The notes below the pieces were generated by a model. It did no database searches. It worked only from the letters and a program-made list of their open reading frames with translations, and was not told the DNA's origin. The position numbers and the translations under genes were made by a program. A stretch of DNA of 64,000 nt from Aequorivita soesokkakensis (GTDB taxonomy: Bacteria > Bacteroidota > Bacteroidia > Flavobacteriales > Flavobacteriaceae): assembly GCA_040394975.1 (NCBI GenBank), contig JBEBRF010000001.1, positions 448 through 64,447 on the forward strand, read 5' to 3'. Shown in pieces: positions 30,616 through 40,384 of the stretch (its first letter is position 1; each line of letters opens with the position of its first letter).

Positions 30616-32778
30616 ATGAGATTTTCTATCGTCCCCGTAATTTTAATCCTTGCAATTGTTGGTTGTAAGGAAGCGCCAAAAAAAGAAACTTTTGAATTGA
30701 ACTATCCAGAGACAAAAAAAATAGACTCTACCGACACTTACTTCGGGGTGGAAGTAAAGGATCCCTACCGCTGGTTGGAGGATGACCGCAGCGAAGAAAC
30801 CGCAGAGTGGGTAAAGGCCGAAAATAAAGTGACCTTTGGTTATTTGGAAAAAATCCCCTTCCGTGAGGAACTGAAACAACGTCTTTCGGATCTGTGGAAT
30901 TACGAAAAAGTTGGCGCACCATTTCACGAGGGCGATTACACGTATTTCTACAAAAATGACGGCCTTCAAAATCAATACGTCCTCTATCGATATAAAAAAG
31001 GTGAAGACCCCTCTACGGCCCAGGTATTCATTGACCCAAACACATTTAAGGATGATGGCACCATCTCCTTGGGCGAAACAAGCTTTTCCGAGGACGGCAG
31101 TAAATTAGCCTATAGCATTTCCGAAGGAGGCAGCGATTGGAGAAAGGTTTTGGTGATGAACACAGAAACCAAAGAATTGATGGGCGATACGTTACAGGAT
31201 ATCAAATTTAGTGGCCTGGCATGGAACGGGGAAGAAGGATTTTATTACTCCAGCTATGACAAACCCGACGGAAGTGAGCTTTCCGCGAAAACGGATCAAC
31301 ATAAATTGTACTATCACAAACTGGGCACGCCACAGCGCGAAGACCTTATGATTTTTGGCGGAACCCCTGAACAGAAACACCGTTATGTGAGCGCTTCGGT
31401 GACCGAGGATAACCGCTATTTAATAATTAGGGCGAGCATCTCCACATCCGGCAACAAACTTTTCATAAAAGATTTGACCCAGCCCAATTCCAAATTGATA
31501 ACCATTTTGGATGATACCGATTCAGACACCTATATTCTCGAAAACGTAGGCTCCAAACTTTATCTCGTTACAAACCGGAATGCCCCAAACCGTAAAATAG
31601 TCACCGTGGACGCGTCAAACCCTCTCCCGGAAAACTGGAAAGACTTTCTTCCGGAGACTGAAAATGTGCTTTCACCCAGCAAAGGGGGCGGCAGTATATT
31701 TGCCCATTATATGGTAGATGCGGTTTCAAAAGTAATGCAATATGATTATGAAGGAAAACGCATTCGTGAAATCGAATTGCCCGGTGTAGGTTCGGCCGCA
31801 GGTTTCGGCAGCAAAAAAGAGGAAAAGGAACTTTATTATTCCTTTACAAATTACATTACCCCCGGCAGCATTTATAAATATGATATTGCAAGCGGCAATT
31901 CAGAATTGTTTATTAAGCCAGAAATAGATTTCAATCCAGAAAATTACGAAAGCCACCAAGTTTTCTACAATTCAAAAGATGGAACGAAAATCCCGATGAT
32001 CATTACCCATAAAAAAGGTCTGAAAATGGACGGCCAAAATCCAACTATACTTTACGGCTATGGCGGGTTCAACATCAGTTTAACTCCCGGTTTTAGCATT
32101 GCCAATGCAGTTTGGATGGAACAGGGCGGAATTTATGCCGTTCCCAATCTTCGCGGTGGTGGGGAATATGGAAAAAAATGGCACAATGCAGGAACACAAA
32201 TGAAAAAGCAAAATGTGTTCGACGATTTTATCGCTGCTGCAGAATATTTAATCAATAATAATTATACATCCAGTGAATATCTTGCCATTCGCGGAGGCTC
32301 CAACGGAGGTTTGCTCGTGGGCGCAACGATGACGCAAAGACCCGATTTAATGAAAGTAGCACTTCCCGCGGTTGGGGTTTTGGATATGCTTCGTTACCAT
32401 ACTTTTACCGCAGGTGCCGGTTGGGCTTATGATTATGGAACTGCTCAAGATAGTAAGGAAATGTTTGAATATTTGAAAGGTTATTCGCCATTGCACAATG
32501 TGAAGGAAGGCGTTCAATATCCCGCAACCTTAATAACAACGGGCGATCACGATGATAGGGTTGTACCGGCGCACAGTTTTAAATTTGCGGCTGAACTTCA
32601 ATCAAAACAAGCTGGCAATAGCCCTGTTTTAATTAGAATTGAAACCGATGCCGGCCACGGTGCGGGAACTCCGGTGAGCAAAACCATCGAGCAATATGCC
32701 GATATTTTTGGGTTTACGCTTTTCAATATGGGTTATGAAGAATTACCGGAAACGATAAATAAGGATATTAAAAAATAA
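30616..32778 (+). CDS. Prolyl oligopeptidase (S9A), lipoprotein
   Basis: Lipobox [35 protein letters not shown]. Confidence 0.95.
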   Translation: MRFSIVPVILILAIVGCKEAPKKETFELNYPETKKIDSTDTYFGVEVKDPYRWLEDDRSEETAEWVKAENKVTFGYLEKIPFREELKQRLSDLWNYEKVGAPFHEGDYTYFYKNDGLQNQYVLYRYKKGEDPSTAQVFIDPNTFKDDGTISLGETSFSEDGSKLAYSISEGGSDWRKVLVMNTETKELMGDTLQDIKFSGLAWNGEEGFYYSSYDKPDGSELSAKTDQHKLYYHKLGTPQREDLMIFGGTPEQKHRYVSASVTEDNRYLIIRASISTSGNKLFIKDLTQPNSKLITILDDTDSDTYILENVGSKLYLVTNRNAPNRKIVTVDASNPLPENWKDFLPETENVLSPSKGGGSIFAHYMVDAVSKVMQYDYEGKRIREIELPGVGSAAGFGSKKEEKELYYSFTNYITPGSIYKYDIASGNSELFIKPEIDFNPENYESHQVFYNSKDGTKIPMIITHKKGLKMDGQNPTILYGYGGFNISLTPGFSIANAVWMEQGGIYAVPNLRGGGEYGKKWHNAGTQMKKQNVFDDFIAAAEYLINNNYTSSEYLAIRGGSNGGLLVGATMTQRPDLMKVALPAVGVLDMLRYHTFTAGAGWAYDYGTAQDSKEMFEYLKGYSPLHNVKEGVQYPATLITTGDHDDRVVPAHSFKFAAELQSKQAGNSPVLIRIETDAGHGAGTPVSKTIEQYADIFGFTLFNMGYEELPETINKDIKK

Positions 32779-32779
32779 G

Positions 32780-32812
32780 AAAAATCCCCGCTAATTTTGG
32801 CGGGGATTTTTT
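32780..32812. terminator. Bidirectional terminator
   Basis: aaaaatccccgc-taattttg-gcggggattttt between convergent genes. Confidence 0.85.
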
Positions 32813-33817
32813 TTAATCCAACTTTTCAGTTAATTTCTTGAATATTTTTTTCGGCTCTTTATGCTCGTATAAAATTTCATAAACGGCATCAATTATAGGT
32901 GTCTTTGCTTTTTTCTTTCCCTTTTGCTGGTTGAGGTGATAAGCGCTTTTTGTGGCGTAATATCCTTCCGCAATTTGGCTCAGTTCCACTTGTGCACTTT
33001 TTACGGTATAACCTTTCCCGATCATGGTTCCGAACATTCTGTTTCGGCTAAATAGTGAATAGCCCGTAACCAACAAATCGCCCAAATATGCGGAATCATT
33101 TATATCGCGCTTCATTTTATGGACTTTCTTCACGTATTTTTTCATCTCGCGAATGGCGTTGCTCATCAATACGCTCTGGAAATTATCGCCATAACCAAGT
33201 CCGTGCGCAATCCCTGCGGCGACGGCATAAATGTTTTTGAGCACGGCTGCATATTCGGTGCCCAAAACATCATCGCTGATGTTGCATTTTATATAATCAC
33301 TGCTCAAAACATTTGCAATTAATTTCGCCTTTTCAGCATCTGCGCTTGCAATGGTTAAATAGGAAAGCCGCTCCAGCGCAACTTCTTCGGCGTGGCAGGG
33401 ACCGGAAATAACGCCAATATTGTTAAAGGGAACTTTGTAATGGGTGTTGAAATGATCGCCCACAATCAAGCTGGTTTCGGGCACGATTCCTTTAATGGCT
33501 GAAAAAACCACTTTGTCTTCCAGCGAAACCGTAAGTTTTTCAAGTTCTTCGTGAAGAAATGCCGAAGGAATTACAAAAATCAAATAATCGGCGCAGGAAA
33601 TGGTTTCGTTGATATTGTTGCTGAGTTTCAATTGTTTTAAATTGAATTCAACCGAACTTAAATAATTCGGGTTGTGGCCATTCTTTTTAATAAAGTCCAC
33701 GGCATCCTTGCTTCGCATGTACCAGCAAACTTCATCGAGGTTTTCACAGAGCATTTTCACGATTGCCGTGGCCCAGCTTCCGCCGCCAAAGACCGCAAAT
33801 TTTGGTTTTTCCGTCAT
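32813..33817 (-). CDS. gpsA: NAD(P)H-dependent glycerol-3-phosphate dehydrogenase
   Basis: GGGSWATA, SGPCHAEEV, LKNIYA, GDLLVT, SRNR. Confidence 0.95.
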   Translation of the reverse strand: MTEKPKFAVFGGGSWATAIVKMLCENLDEVCWYMRSKDAVDFIKKNGHNPNYLSSVEFNLKQLKLSNNINETISCADYLIFVIPSAFLHEELEKLTVSLEDKVVFSAIKGIVPETSLIVGDHFNTHYKVPFNNIGVISGPCHAEEVALERLSYLTIASADAEKAKLIANVLSSDYIKCNISDDVLGTEYAAVLKNIYAVAAGIAHGLGYGDNFQSVLMSNAIREMKKYVKKVHKMKRDINDSAYLGDLLVTGYSLFSRNRMFGTMIGKGYTVKSAQVELSQIAEGYYATKSAYHLNQQKGKKKAKTPIIDAVYEILYEHKEPKKIFKKLTEKLD

Positions 33818-34062
33818 TAAATGATTTTATATTTTCAAAAGTACATAATTCCTCCCGAAAATTTTTAACAGCCGTTTAATAATGGAAGCACAATCTTTAA
33901 TTGCTTTTATACGTTAATGGAATAATTGTTTGGATTTTTTTTAAAAGGAAAGGATCCGGATGATTTTGGTTGGTTATTTAGTTGAGGCCGCTCCCCAAGT
34001 GTTAGTTTGGTGGGGCGGTTTTCATTTCCATGAAAACGGGAATCTCACGGATAAAACCACGA

Positions 34063-34647
34063 TTACTTATAAAAATTCATCTCATCTAAATATTTCCAAA
34101 CCTCAGCCGAAAGCATCGGCCGAATGTTTTTTCCGGATTTTATCTCCTTTCGAATGAAGGTTGAAGAAAGCTCAATAATTGGGGCATCAACTTTCTTTAT
34201 TTTTTTGTGATTGTCAAATTGGCTTTCCACCGTTCCCTCTGAAATTCTTGGATAAACATAGATGGAATATCTATCTAAAATAACATCATAGTTTTTCCAT
34301 TTTTGAAAACCTTTCAAATTGTCCTCGCCCATAATCAAACAGAAATTCTTTTCGGGATATTTTTCTTCTAAATAAGCCAAAGTATTCACGGTATAATTGG
34401 GCTGCGGAAGGTCGAACTCCACGTTGCTCGCCTTTAATTTTGGATAATTTTCAACCGCAATCCGAACCATTGCCAAACGGTGGTGGTCCTCCAAAAGCGT
34501 CTTTTTCTTTTTTAAGGGATTGTGCGGCGTAACCACAAACCAAATTTCATCCAAATCGCTGAACTCCACCAAATGGTTGGCAATAATCAAATGCCCAACG
34601 TGTATTGGGTTAAACGTGCCGAAGTAGAGTCCAGTTTTTTTTACCAT
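34063..34647 (-). CDS. nadD: Nicotinate-nucleotide adenylyltransferase
   Basis: GTFNPIHVGH, MGEDN, LSSTFIR. Confidence 0.96.
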   Translation of the reverse strand: MVKKTGLYFGTFNPIHVGHLIIANHLVEFSDLDEIWFVVTPHNPLKKKKTLLEDHHRLAMVRIAVENYPKLKASNVEFDLPQPNYTVNTLAYLEEKYPEKNFCLIMGEDNLKGFQKWKNYDVILDRYSIYVYPRISEGTVESQFDNHKKIKKVDAPIIELSSTFIRKEIKSGKNIRPMLSAEVWKYLDEMNFYK

Positions 34648-34658
34648 TTTTTTGGTTC

Positions 34659-34785
34659 AATGTAGAGCCGCACGGCCGTGCGGCTCTTGGATTTATCATC
34701 ATCCGTTTGAGACGCACGGCCGTGCGTCTTTACATTGTGGCGCACGGCCTGATTACTGTTGAGCTGCACGGCCGTGCGGCTCTAC
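34659..34785. repeat. Cluster of GTAG-type REP palindromes (3 full, 1 partial)
   Basis: agagccgcacggccgtgcggctct (34664-34687, perfect), agacgcacggccgtgcgtct (34710-34729, perfect), cgcacggcc (34741-34749), gagctgcacggccgtgcggctctac (34761-34785). Confidence 0.88.
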
Positions 34786-35354
34786 GATTGTATATATTTT
34801 TCCACCAAATCATGTGCCTCTTTCAATGCAGTTTCCAAATCGTGGTTTTCTATTATTTTGTCGAATTGTGGCGCAGTTGCAAGCTCCACCGAAGCTTTTG
34901 CAATGCGCATATTGATGCGGTCATCGCTTTCGGTTTTGCGCTTTTTAAGCCTTATTTTCAGCTCGTCGATGCTCGGGGGTTTTACGAAAACCGCCAACGT
35001 TTTTTCGGGAAATTTCTTTTTTATCCGAAGTCCGCCAACCACATCAATATCAAAAATCACGTTTTTTCCGTGGCTCCAAATCCGCTCCACTTCACTTTTC
35101 AATGTGCCGTAGAAATTATCGCGGTACACTTCTTCCCACTCCAAAAAATCGCCATTTTTTATGTGCTGCTTAAATTCTTTCAATGAAATGAAATAATAAT
35201 TTTCGCCATGCTTTTCATCGCCTCGGGCTTCCCGCGAAGTGCAGGAAACCGAAAATTCAAGATTCAAATCTTCTTGTTTCAGTAAATGTTGCACGATAGT
35301 GGTCTTGCCACTGCCCGAAGGTGCCGAGAATACAATCAATTTCCCTCCTTTCAT
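34782..35354 (-). CDS. gmk: Guanylate kinase
   Basis: APSGSGKTT, SVSCTSR, FLEWEEVY..FYGT, DIDVVG. Confidence 0.96.
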   Translation of the reverse strand: MKGGKLIVFSAPSGSGKTTIVQHLLKQEDLNLEFSVSCTSREARGDEKHGENYYFISLKEFKQHIKNGDFLEWEEVYRDNFYGTLKSEVERIWSHGKNVIFDIDVVGGLRIKKKFPEKTLAVFVKPPSIDELKIRLKKRKTESDDRINMRIAKASVELATAPQFDKIIENHDLETALKEAHDLVEKYIQS

Positions 35355-36212
35355 TTATAAAACGTTTAATGCCTGTTCCTTAATTTTTTCAAGCTCATCC
35401 TTCATTTGCACAACAATTTGCTGCATCGGCGCGTAATTTGCCTTGCTGCCAATAGTGTTTATTTCCCGGCCGATTTCCTGTGTTATGAAACCTAATTTTT
35501 TTCCGTTGGAATCGTGGGAATTCAATGACTGTTCAAAATAATCCAAGTGATTTTTAAGCCGAACTTTTTCTTCGGTGATGTCGTATTTTTCGAGGTAATA
35601 GATCAATTCCTGCTCAAAACGGTTTTCGTCCACTTTTTCCTTTAAATCGGCAACCGCTTTCCGAAGCCTTTCCTTTACGCCGTCAATCCGTTCGGGATCC
35701 AACGCGATCACCGCATCCAGTAATTTTGAAATGGTTTTTGTGCGATCCAAAAAATCTTTTTCCAGCACCAAACCTTCGTCGGTCCTGTATTCATTGATTG
35801 CGTTAAGTGCTCTGTCAATTCCGTTTAAAATAATTTCATATTCCTTTTCATCAATTTCCTCGCGCTCGGTTTTCAGCGCGTCGGGCATTCTCACTGCCAT
35901 TTTCAAAAGTTCCACAGGATCGCCATTTACAACATTTGAAAGTTGTTTTATGTACTGTTTTACAACGCTTTCATTTAGTTGGGTTGTCACTTCCTCGCCG
36001 GTTATTTCAATATAAAGTGAAAAATCCACTTTCCCGCGTTGCAGATTTTTCGCCAGCAAATCGCGTATTTCCAGCTCCTTTTCACGGTAAGCCGAAGGCA
36101 CGCGCGTGTTCAGGTCCAGCCCTTTGCTGTTCAGCGATTTTATTTCAATGGTAATGGTTTTGGATGGCAATTGGACAACTTCTTTGCCGTAGCCCGTCAT
36201 GGATTGGATCAT
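35355..36212 (-). CDS. yicC: YicC/YloC-family endoribonuclease
   Basis: MIQSMTGYG, RGKVD, DITEEKVRL, QEIGREINTIGSK. Confidence 0.93.
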   Translation of the reverse strand: MIQSMTGYGKEVVQLPSKTITIEIKSLNSKGLDLNTRVPSAYREKELEIRDLLAKNLQRGKVDFSLYIEITGEEVTTQLNESVVKQYIKQLSNVVNGDPVELLKMAVRMPDALKTEREEIDEKEYEIILNGIDRALNAINEYRTDEGLVLEKDFLDRTKTISKLLDAVIALDPERIDGVKERLRKAVADLKEKVDENRFEQELIYYLEKYDITEEKVRLKNHLDYFEQSLNSHDSNGKKLGFITQEIGREINTIGSKANYAPMQQIVVQMKDELEKIKEQALNVL

Positions 36213-36440
36213 ATTCCTTTTTTATTGAAGGGCAAAGGTACTAAAATAGTCTTTAGTGGGTAGGTTGTAGAGGGTAGTGAAATGGGTTTCTATTCAATTA
36301 AAATCCCAAACTATTTGTTGAATTCTATTCTGAAACGAGTATTTTTTCAATAATATTCTTCACCCAACATTAACAGAACCTAAACACATTTATTAGGCAT
36401 GCATTTCGAAAGTAACTTAAATTTGCATAAAAATTTGAAG

Positions 36441-36914
36441 ATGTACACCAAACAATTTGAAATACGCTGGAGCGATGTTGATGCCAATCGCCATTTGCGG
36501 AACAGCGCGTATATAGATTATATGAGCCACACCCGCATGAGTTTTTTAATGGAAAATGGGCTGGACCAACTGCATTTGGCCGAATTCAATTTGGGGCCTG
36601 TGGCTTTTTATGAGCATATGTATTATTTCCGCGAATTTTTTCCGGGGAAACCAGTTACTGTTTCACTGCAATTAAAAGGTTTATCGGAAGATGGAATGTA
36701 CTTTGAATTTCTGCATAATTTTTATGACGAAACCGGCAAAAACTGCGCCCGTTGCGAAATGATGGGCGCTTGGATTGATTTGAAGGAACGGAAACTTGTA
36801 GCCCTTCCGCAGGAATTTTATGATAAATTCAGCACCTTGGAAAAGACGGATGATTTTAGGATTTTAACTAAAGAAAACACCCGAAAATATAGCCAACGCC
36901 CGCAGGATTTATAG
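36441..36914 (+). CDS. Acyl-CoA thioesterase (hotdog fold)
   Basis: RWSDVDANRHLRNSAY motif; start moved to ATG at 36441. Confidence 0.88.
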   Translation: MYTKQFEIRWSDVDANRHLRNSAYIDYMSHTRMSFLMENGLDQLHLAEFNLGPVAFYEHMYYFREFFPGKPVTVSLQLKGLSEDGMYFEFLHNFYDETGKNCARCEMMGAWIDLKERKLVALPQEFYDKFSTLEKTDDFRILTKENTRKYSQRPQDL

Positions 36915-36919
36915 TGGAG

Positions 36920-37825
36920 TCATATTTGTGTTTGCACTTCCTTTTTCGGTTTTCGCGTAGAAAGAAAAACGCCCATAAAAATTAGGCACGCCGCGCCCAC
37001 ACGAAGCGCGTTCAACGTATCGGCACCGGCCAAAATCGCAAAAATGGTTGCGACCACAGGCTGCAAATAAATAAAAACCCCAACGGTGGAAGGGCTAAGT
37101 TGTTTCAATGCAAAAATATTGAAGAGATAAGTCAAAAAAGTTGTGGCAACCACTACAAAAACCATTTGTCCAATTTCAGAAAACGTGAGTTGTGCCCATT
37201 CTACTTGTATTACTTCGGAATAGCCGATGGGCAGATTTATAAAAAACGCGATTAAAAAGAAAAATTTCAAAAGCGTAATTGCATTGTATTTTGCAACCAA
37301 GGGTTTCACCAGAATCAAATAAAACGCATACGAAATTGCGTTAAGTACAAAAAGCAGATTTCCCAAAGGAATGTTCGGCGCATTGGTCTGTGTTTTTTCC
37401 TGAAAAAGAATGAGTGCCAAAGCTCCCGAAAGCCCTAAAAATATTCCTGCAGTCTTAATCCAAGTTATGTGTTCGCGCAAAATAAGTGCCGTGAGCAAAA
37501 GCAACAAAACTGGAGTAATTGTCATTGAAACTGCACTGTTTATGGGGGTTGAAAGATTCAATCCTTTAAAAAACATTAGCATGTTCAGTACCATTCCAAA
37601 GATGGCGCACGCAACAATGCGCAACCAATCTCCGGGAGCAATTTTCTCAGATTTTGAAAATGCGCTAACCAGCCAAAAAAGCAGCGCCGCGCCACCAACT
37701 CTTAAAACTATAAAGCCGAACGGCTGGATTATATGGGGCATAAGGCCTTTGGCCACCGTGTGGTTTATACCGTAAATGGTTTCAGTGGCGGTTGCAGCAA
37801 GTATGGCCAATATTCGGTTGTCCAT
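36920..37825 (-). CDS. EamA/DMT-family transporter
   Basis: About 10 hydrophobic segments, duplicated EamA pattern, YLQP; ATGA overlap with the upstream gene. Confidence 0.9.
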   Translation of the reverse strand: MDNRILAILAATATETIYGINHTVAKGLMPHIIQPFGFIVLRVGGAALLFWLVSAFSKSEKIAPGDWLRIVACAIFGMVLNMLMFFKGLNLSTPINSAVSMTITPVLLLLLTALILREHITWIKTAGIFLGLSGALALILFQEKTQTNAPNIPLGNLLFVLNAISYAFYLILVKPLVAKYNAITLLKFFFLIAFFINLPIGYSEVIQVEWAQLTFSEIGQMVFVVVATTFLTYLFNIFALKQLSPSTVGVFIYLQPVVATIFAILAGADTLNALRVGAACLIFMGVFLSTRKPKKEVQTQI

Positions 37826-38181
37826 CAATTGGGATGAATTGATTTCTTGGCTGCGGCAACGGTTTTTGGGCTACTTCCTATGAAGATTTTGTCATTGTGA
37901 ACGATTATTGGCCGTTTTAAAAAGGTATAGTGTCCTAAAATGAGAGCTTTGTAATCTTCCTCCAACAGGTTTTCATTATTAAGCCCGCGCTCTCGATATA
38001 GTTTGGCCCTGCGGCTAAAAAGTTCTTCAAAACTATCTGTAAGGTTAAAAAGTTCATCTAATTCTTCCTCTGTAATTCCCTGTACTTTCAAGTCCTGTTT
38101 AATAAATGAGGATGGAATTTTTAGTTCATCCAAAACCCTTTTGCAGGTATCACAAGTAGAAAGATAGTACACTTTTTGCAT
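37825..38181 (-). CDS. ArsC/Spx-family (YffB-like) protein
   Basis: CDTCKR, LFSRR, LKRPI. Confidence 0.88.
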   Translation of the reverse strand: MQKVYYLSTCDTCKRVLDELKIPSSFIKQDLKVQGITEEELDELFNLTDSFEELFSRRAKLYRERGLNNENLLEEDYKALILGHYTFLKRPIIVHNDKIFIGSSPKTVAAAKKSIHPN

Positions 38182-38192
38182 GGTTTCAGTTT

Positions 38193-38951
38193 TTATTCGA
38201 AGTTGAGATAGGGCTTGGCCTCGTTCAGCGGTATTTTTATTTCTATGGGCCCATCGGCATAGCTCGCGATGTCATATTGGTTATAAACGAAAATAATGCT
38301 GTCTTGTGTAAATCCAATACTTTCGGGTATGTGGAAGGTATCGCCTTCAAACCAATATCCCGCATCATTGATGGCTTGGTCCTGTGGAATTTTCTGCTGT
38401 GAGCGAAACTTCTTCTCTGCAAAGGCTATAAATTCCGTTTTATTCTTGAAAAGGTTTGTTGTGGCTATTTCCTCTCCGGTATTTGGATTCACGTTTAGGA
38501 ATGAGGTTGTTCCATAACCATGGGCGCCCCCGGTGTACAAATATTGTCCTAATTCAAAACACCACAGTTCATTCGTTCCATAAATCTGGTTCACTGAAAT
38601 TTCAGCAAAATATTCCCCCGCCATATCTGGAAATTGTGACTTGTCTGCTTGATAGGCTTCAATAAAGAAGGTCGCGGCTTCGGAAATTGTTTTGGCCGTG
38701 GGTATGCTGTCCTCGCCCATCAGAAGCGATGCGAAGATAAAATTTCTGATTTTTTTATTGATTTTTTCGCTGACCTGGCTGTCTCCAATGGCTTCTACAT
38801 AATTAATGGTTATTTCGGGGCATTTTGCATTTTTGCATATAGCTAAGTCCATTTCGGTAAAACTTTCAGAGGAAAGGGCAAGGTTGTTTTCCCGCTCACA
38901 ACTTATTAGCGTGAAGGCAGTGAGCACCGCAAACGCAATTTTGTTATTCAT
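38193..38951 (-). CDS. DUF3298/DUF4163-type lipoprotein
   Basis: Lipobox LISC, YTGGAHG, YNQYDIASYADG. Confidence 0.85.
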   Translation of the reverse strand: MNNKIAFAVLTAFTLISCERENNLALSSESFTEMDLAICKNAKCPEITINYVEAIGDSQVSEKINKKIRNFIFASLLMGEDSIPTAKTISEAATFFIEAYQADKSQFPDMAGEYFAEISVNQIYGTNELWCFELGQYLYTGGAHGYGTTSFLNVNPNTGEEIATTNLFKNKTEFIAFAEKKFRSQQKIPQDQAINDAGYWFEGDTFHIPESIGFTQDSIIFVYNQYDIASYADGPIEIKIPLNEAKPYLNFE

Positions 38952-39107
38952 ACGTTAAAAGGAATAGATGGTTAGCTATCACAAATGAAACTGTTACATT
39001 TGCATTTTCAAAAGTAATAACTTTAAAATCAGCTATTGTGAAAGTTATATTAAATCATAAAATATAGTTTCCTAATTGCTGAATTCACCATAAATTTCAC
39101 TAATTCT

Positions 39108-40250
39108 ATGAAGTTCAACACAAAAACAATCCACGGCGGCCAGCATAATGTAGATCCAGCGTATGGGTCTGTAATGCCGCCAATTTATCAAACCTCCACC
39201 TATTCACAAACCACTCCCGGCGGCCACAAAGGTTTTGAATATTCGCGAAGCGGAAATCCAACGCGTGCTGCCTTGGAACGGGCTTTGGCAAGCATTGAAA
39301 ACGGCGAATTCGGCCTTGCCTTTGGAAGCGGACTTGCAGCCATTGATGCTGTGATAAAGCTTTTGAATCCGGGTGATGAAGTAATTTCCACCAATGATCT
39401 TTACGGCGGAACGTACCGATTGTTCACCAAAATTTTTGAAGGATTTGGAATAAGATTCCATTTCATAGGAATGGAAAATGCCGATAAAATTGAGGAATTT
39501 GTAAACAATAAAACCAAACTCATCTGGGTGGAAACGCCAACCAACCCAATGATGAATATTATCGATATAAAAAAAGCGGCCTCCATTGCAAAAAAGCACA
39601 ATGTTTTGCTTGCGGTTGACAATACATTTGCAACGCCATATTTGCAACAACCGTTGGAAATGGGCGCCGATATTGTAATGCACAGCGCAACCAAATATCT
39701 TGGCGGCCATAGCGATGTGGTGATGGGCGCTTTGATTGTAAAAAACAAGGAACTGGCAGACAGATTGTATTTTATCCAAAATGCGAGCGGCGCGGTTTGT
39801 GGCCCACAGGATAGTTTTCTGGTTTTGCGGGGTTTGAAAACACTTCACATTCGTATGCAGCGTCATTGCGAAAATGGGAAAGCCGTTGCGGAATATTTGG
39901 AGAAACATCCAAAAATTGAAAAAGTGTATTGGCCCGGTTTTGAAAGCCACCCAAACCACAAAATCGCAAAAGAACAAATGAATGATTTCGGCGGAATGAT
40001 TTCCTTTGTAACCAAGGGAAATAATTACGAAGAAGCCATCAAAATAGTCGAAAACCTAAAGATTTTCACTTTGGCAGAAAGTCTTGGCGGGGTGGAAAGC
40101 CTTGCCGGGCATCCTGCAAGTATGACACATGCAAGCATTCCGAAGGAGGAACGTGAAAAAACAGGGGTTGTGGATTCTTTGATTCGTCTTTCTGTGGGAA
40201 TTGAAGATGTAGCGGATTTGATTGCAGATTTGGAGCAGGCCCTCGGGTGA
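39108..40250 (+). CDS. Cystathionine gamma-synthase/lyase (PLP, trans-sulfuration family)
   Basis: PIYQTSTY, YSRSGNPT, ETPTNP, DNTFA, HSATKYLGGHSD, SLGGVESL. Confidence 0.93.
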   Translation: MKFNTKTIHGGQHNVDPAYGSVMPPIYQTSTYSQTTPGGHKGFEYSRSGNPTRAALERALASIENGEFGLAFGSGLAAIDAVIKLLNPGDEVISTNDLYGGTYRLFTKIFEGFGIRFHFIGMENADKIEEFVNNKTKLIWVETPTNPMMNIIDIKKAASIAKKHNVLLAVDNTFATPYLQQPLEMGADIVMHSATKYLGGHSDVVMGALIVKNKELADRLYFIQNASGAVCGPQDSFLVLRGLKTLHIRMQRHCENGKAVAEYLEKHPKIEKVYWPGFESHPNHKIAKEQMNDFGGMISFVTKGNNYEEAIKIVENLKIFTLAESLGGVESLAGHPASMTHASIPKEEREKTGVVDSLIRLSVGIEDVADLIADLEQALG

Positions 40251-40286
40251 TTACTTCATTGTAAGAAAAACACTTCAATAAAAAAG

Positions 40287-40320
40287 GGGGAAATCCCCTA
40301 TTAAAAATAGGGAAAACCCT
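40287..40320. promoter_or_regulatory. Two tandem palindromic boxes upstream of the S8 peptidase
   Basis: gggg-aaat-cccc (40287-40298) and aggg-aaaa-ccct (40309-40320), centres 22 bp apart. Confidence 0.5.
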
Positions 40321-40384
40321 GTTTCACAGGTTAATAAAATTGTTTAATTTTAAAAAAATCAATTAACTTTAAACAACCAAAACC

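Noticed and set aside
34707-35186. Plus-strand ORFs starting in the REP cluster (MRRTAVRL..., MSCTAVRL...)
   Set aside because: Antisense to gmk, with N-termini that are translated REP sequence.
38952-39107. SAM riboswitch upstream of the cystathionine gamma-synthase/lyase gene
   Set aside because: No recognisable SAM-I or SAM-II consensus; the leader is AT-rich and unstructured.
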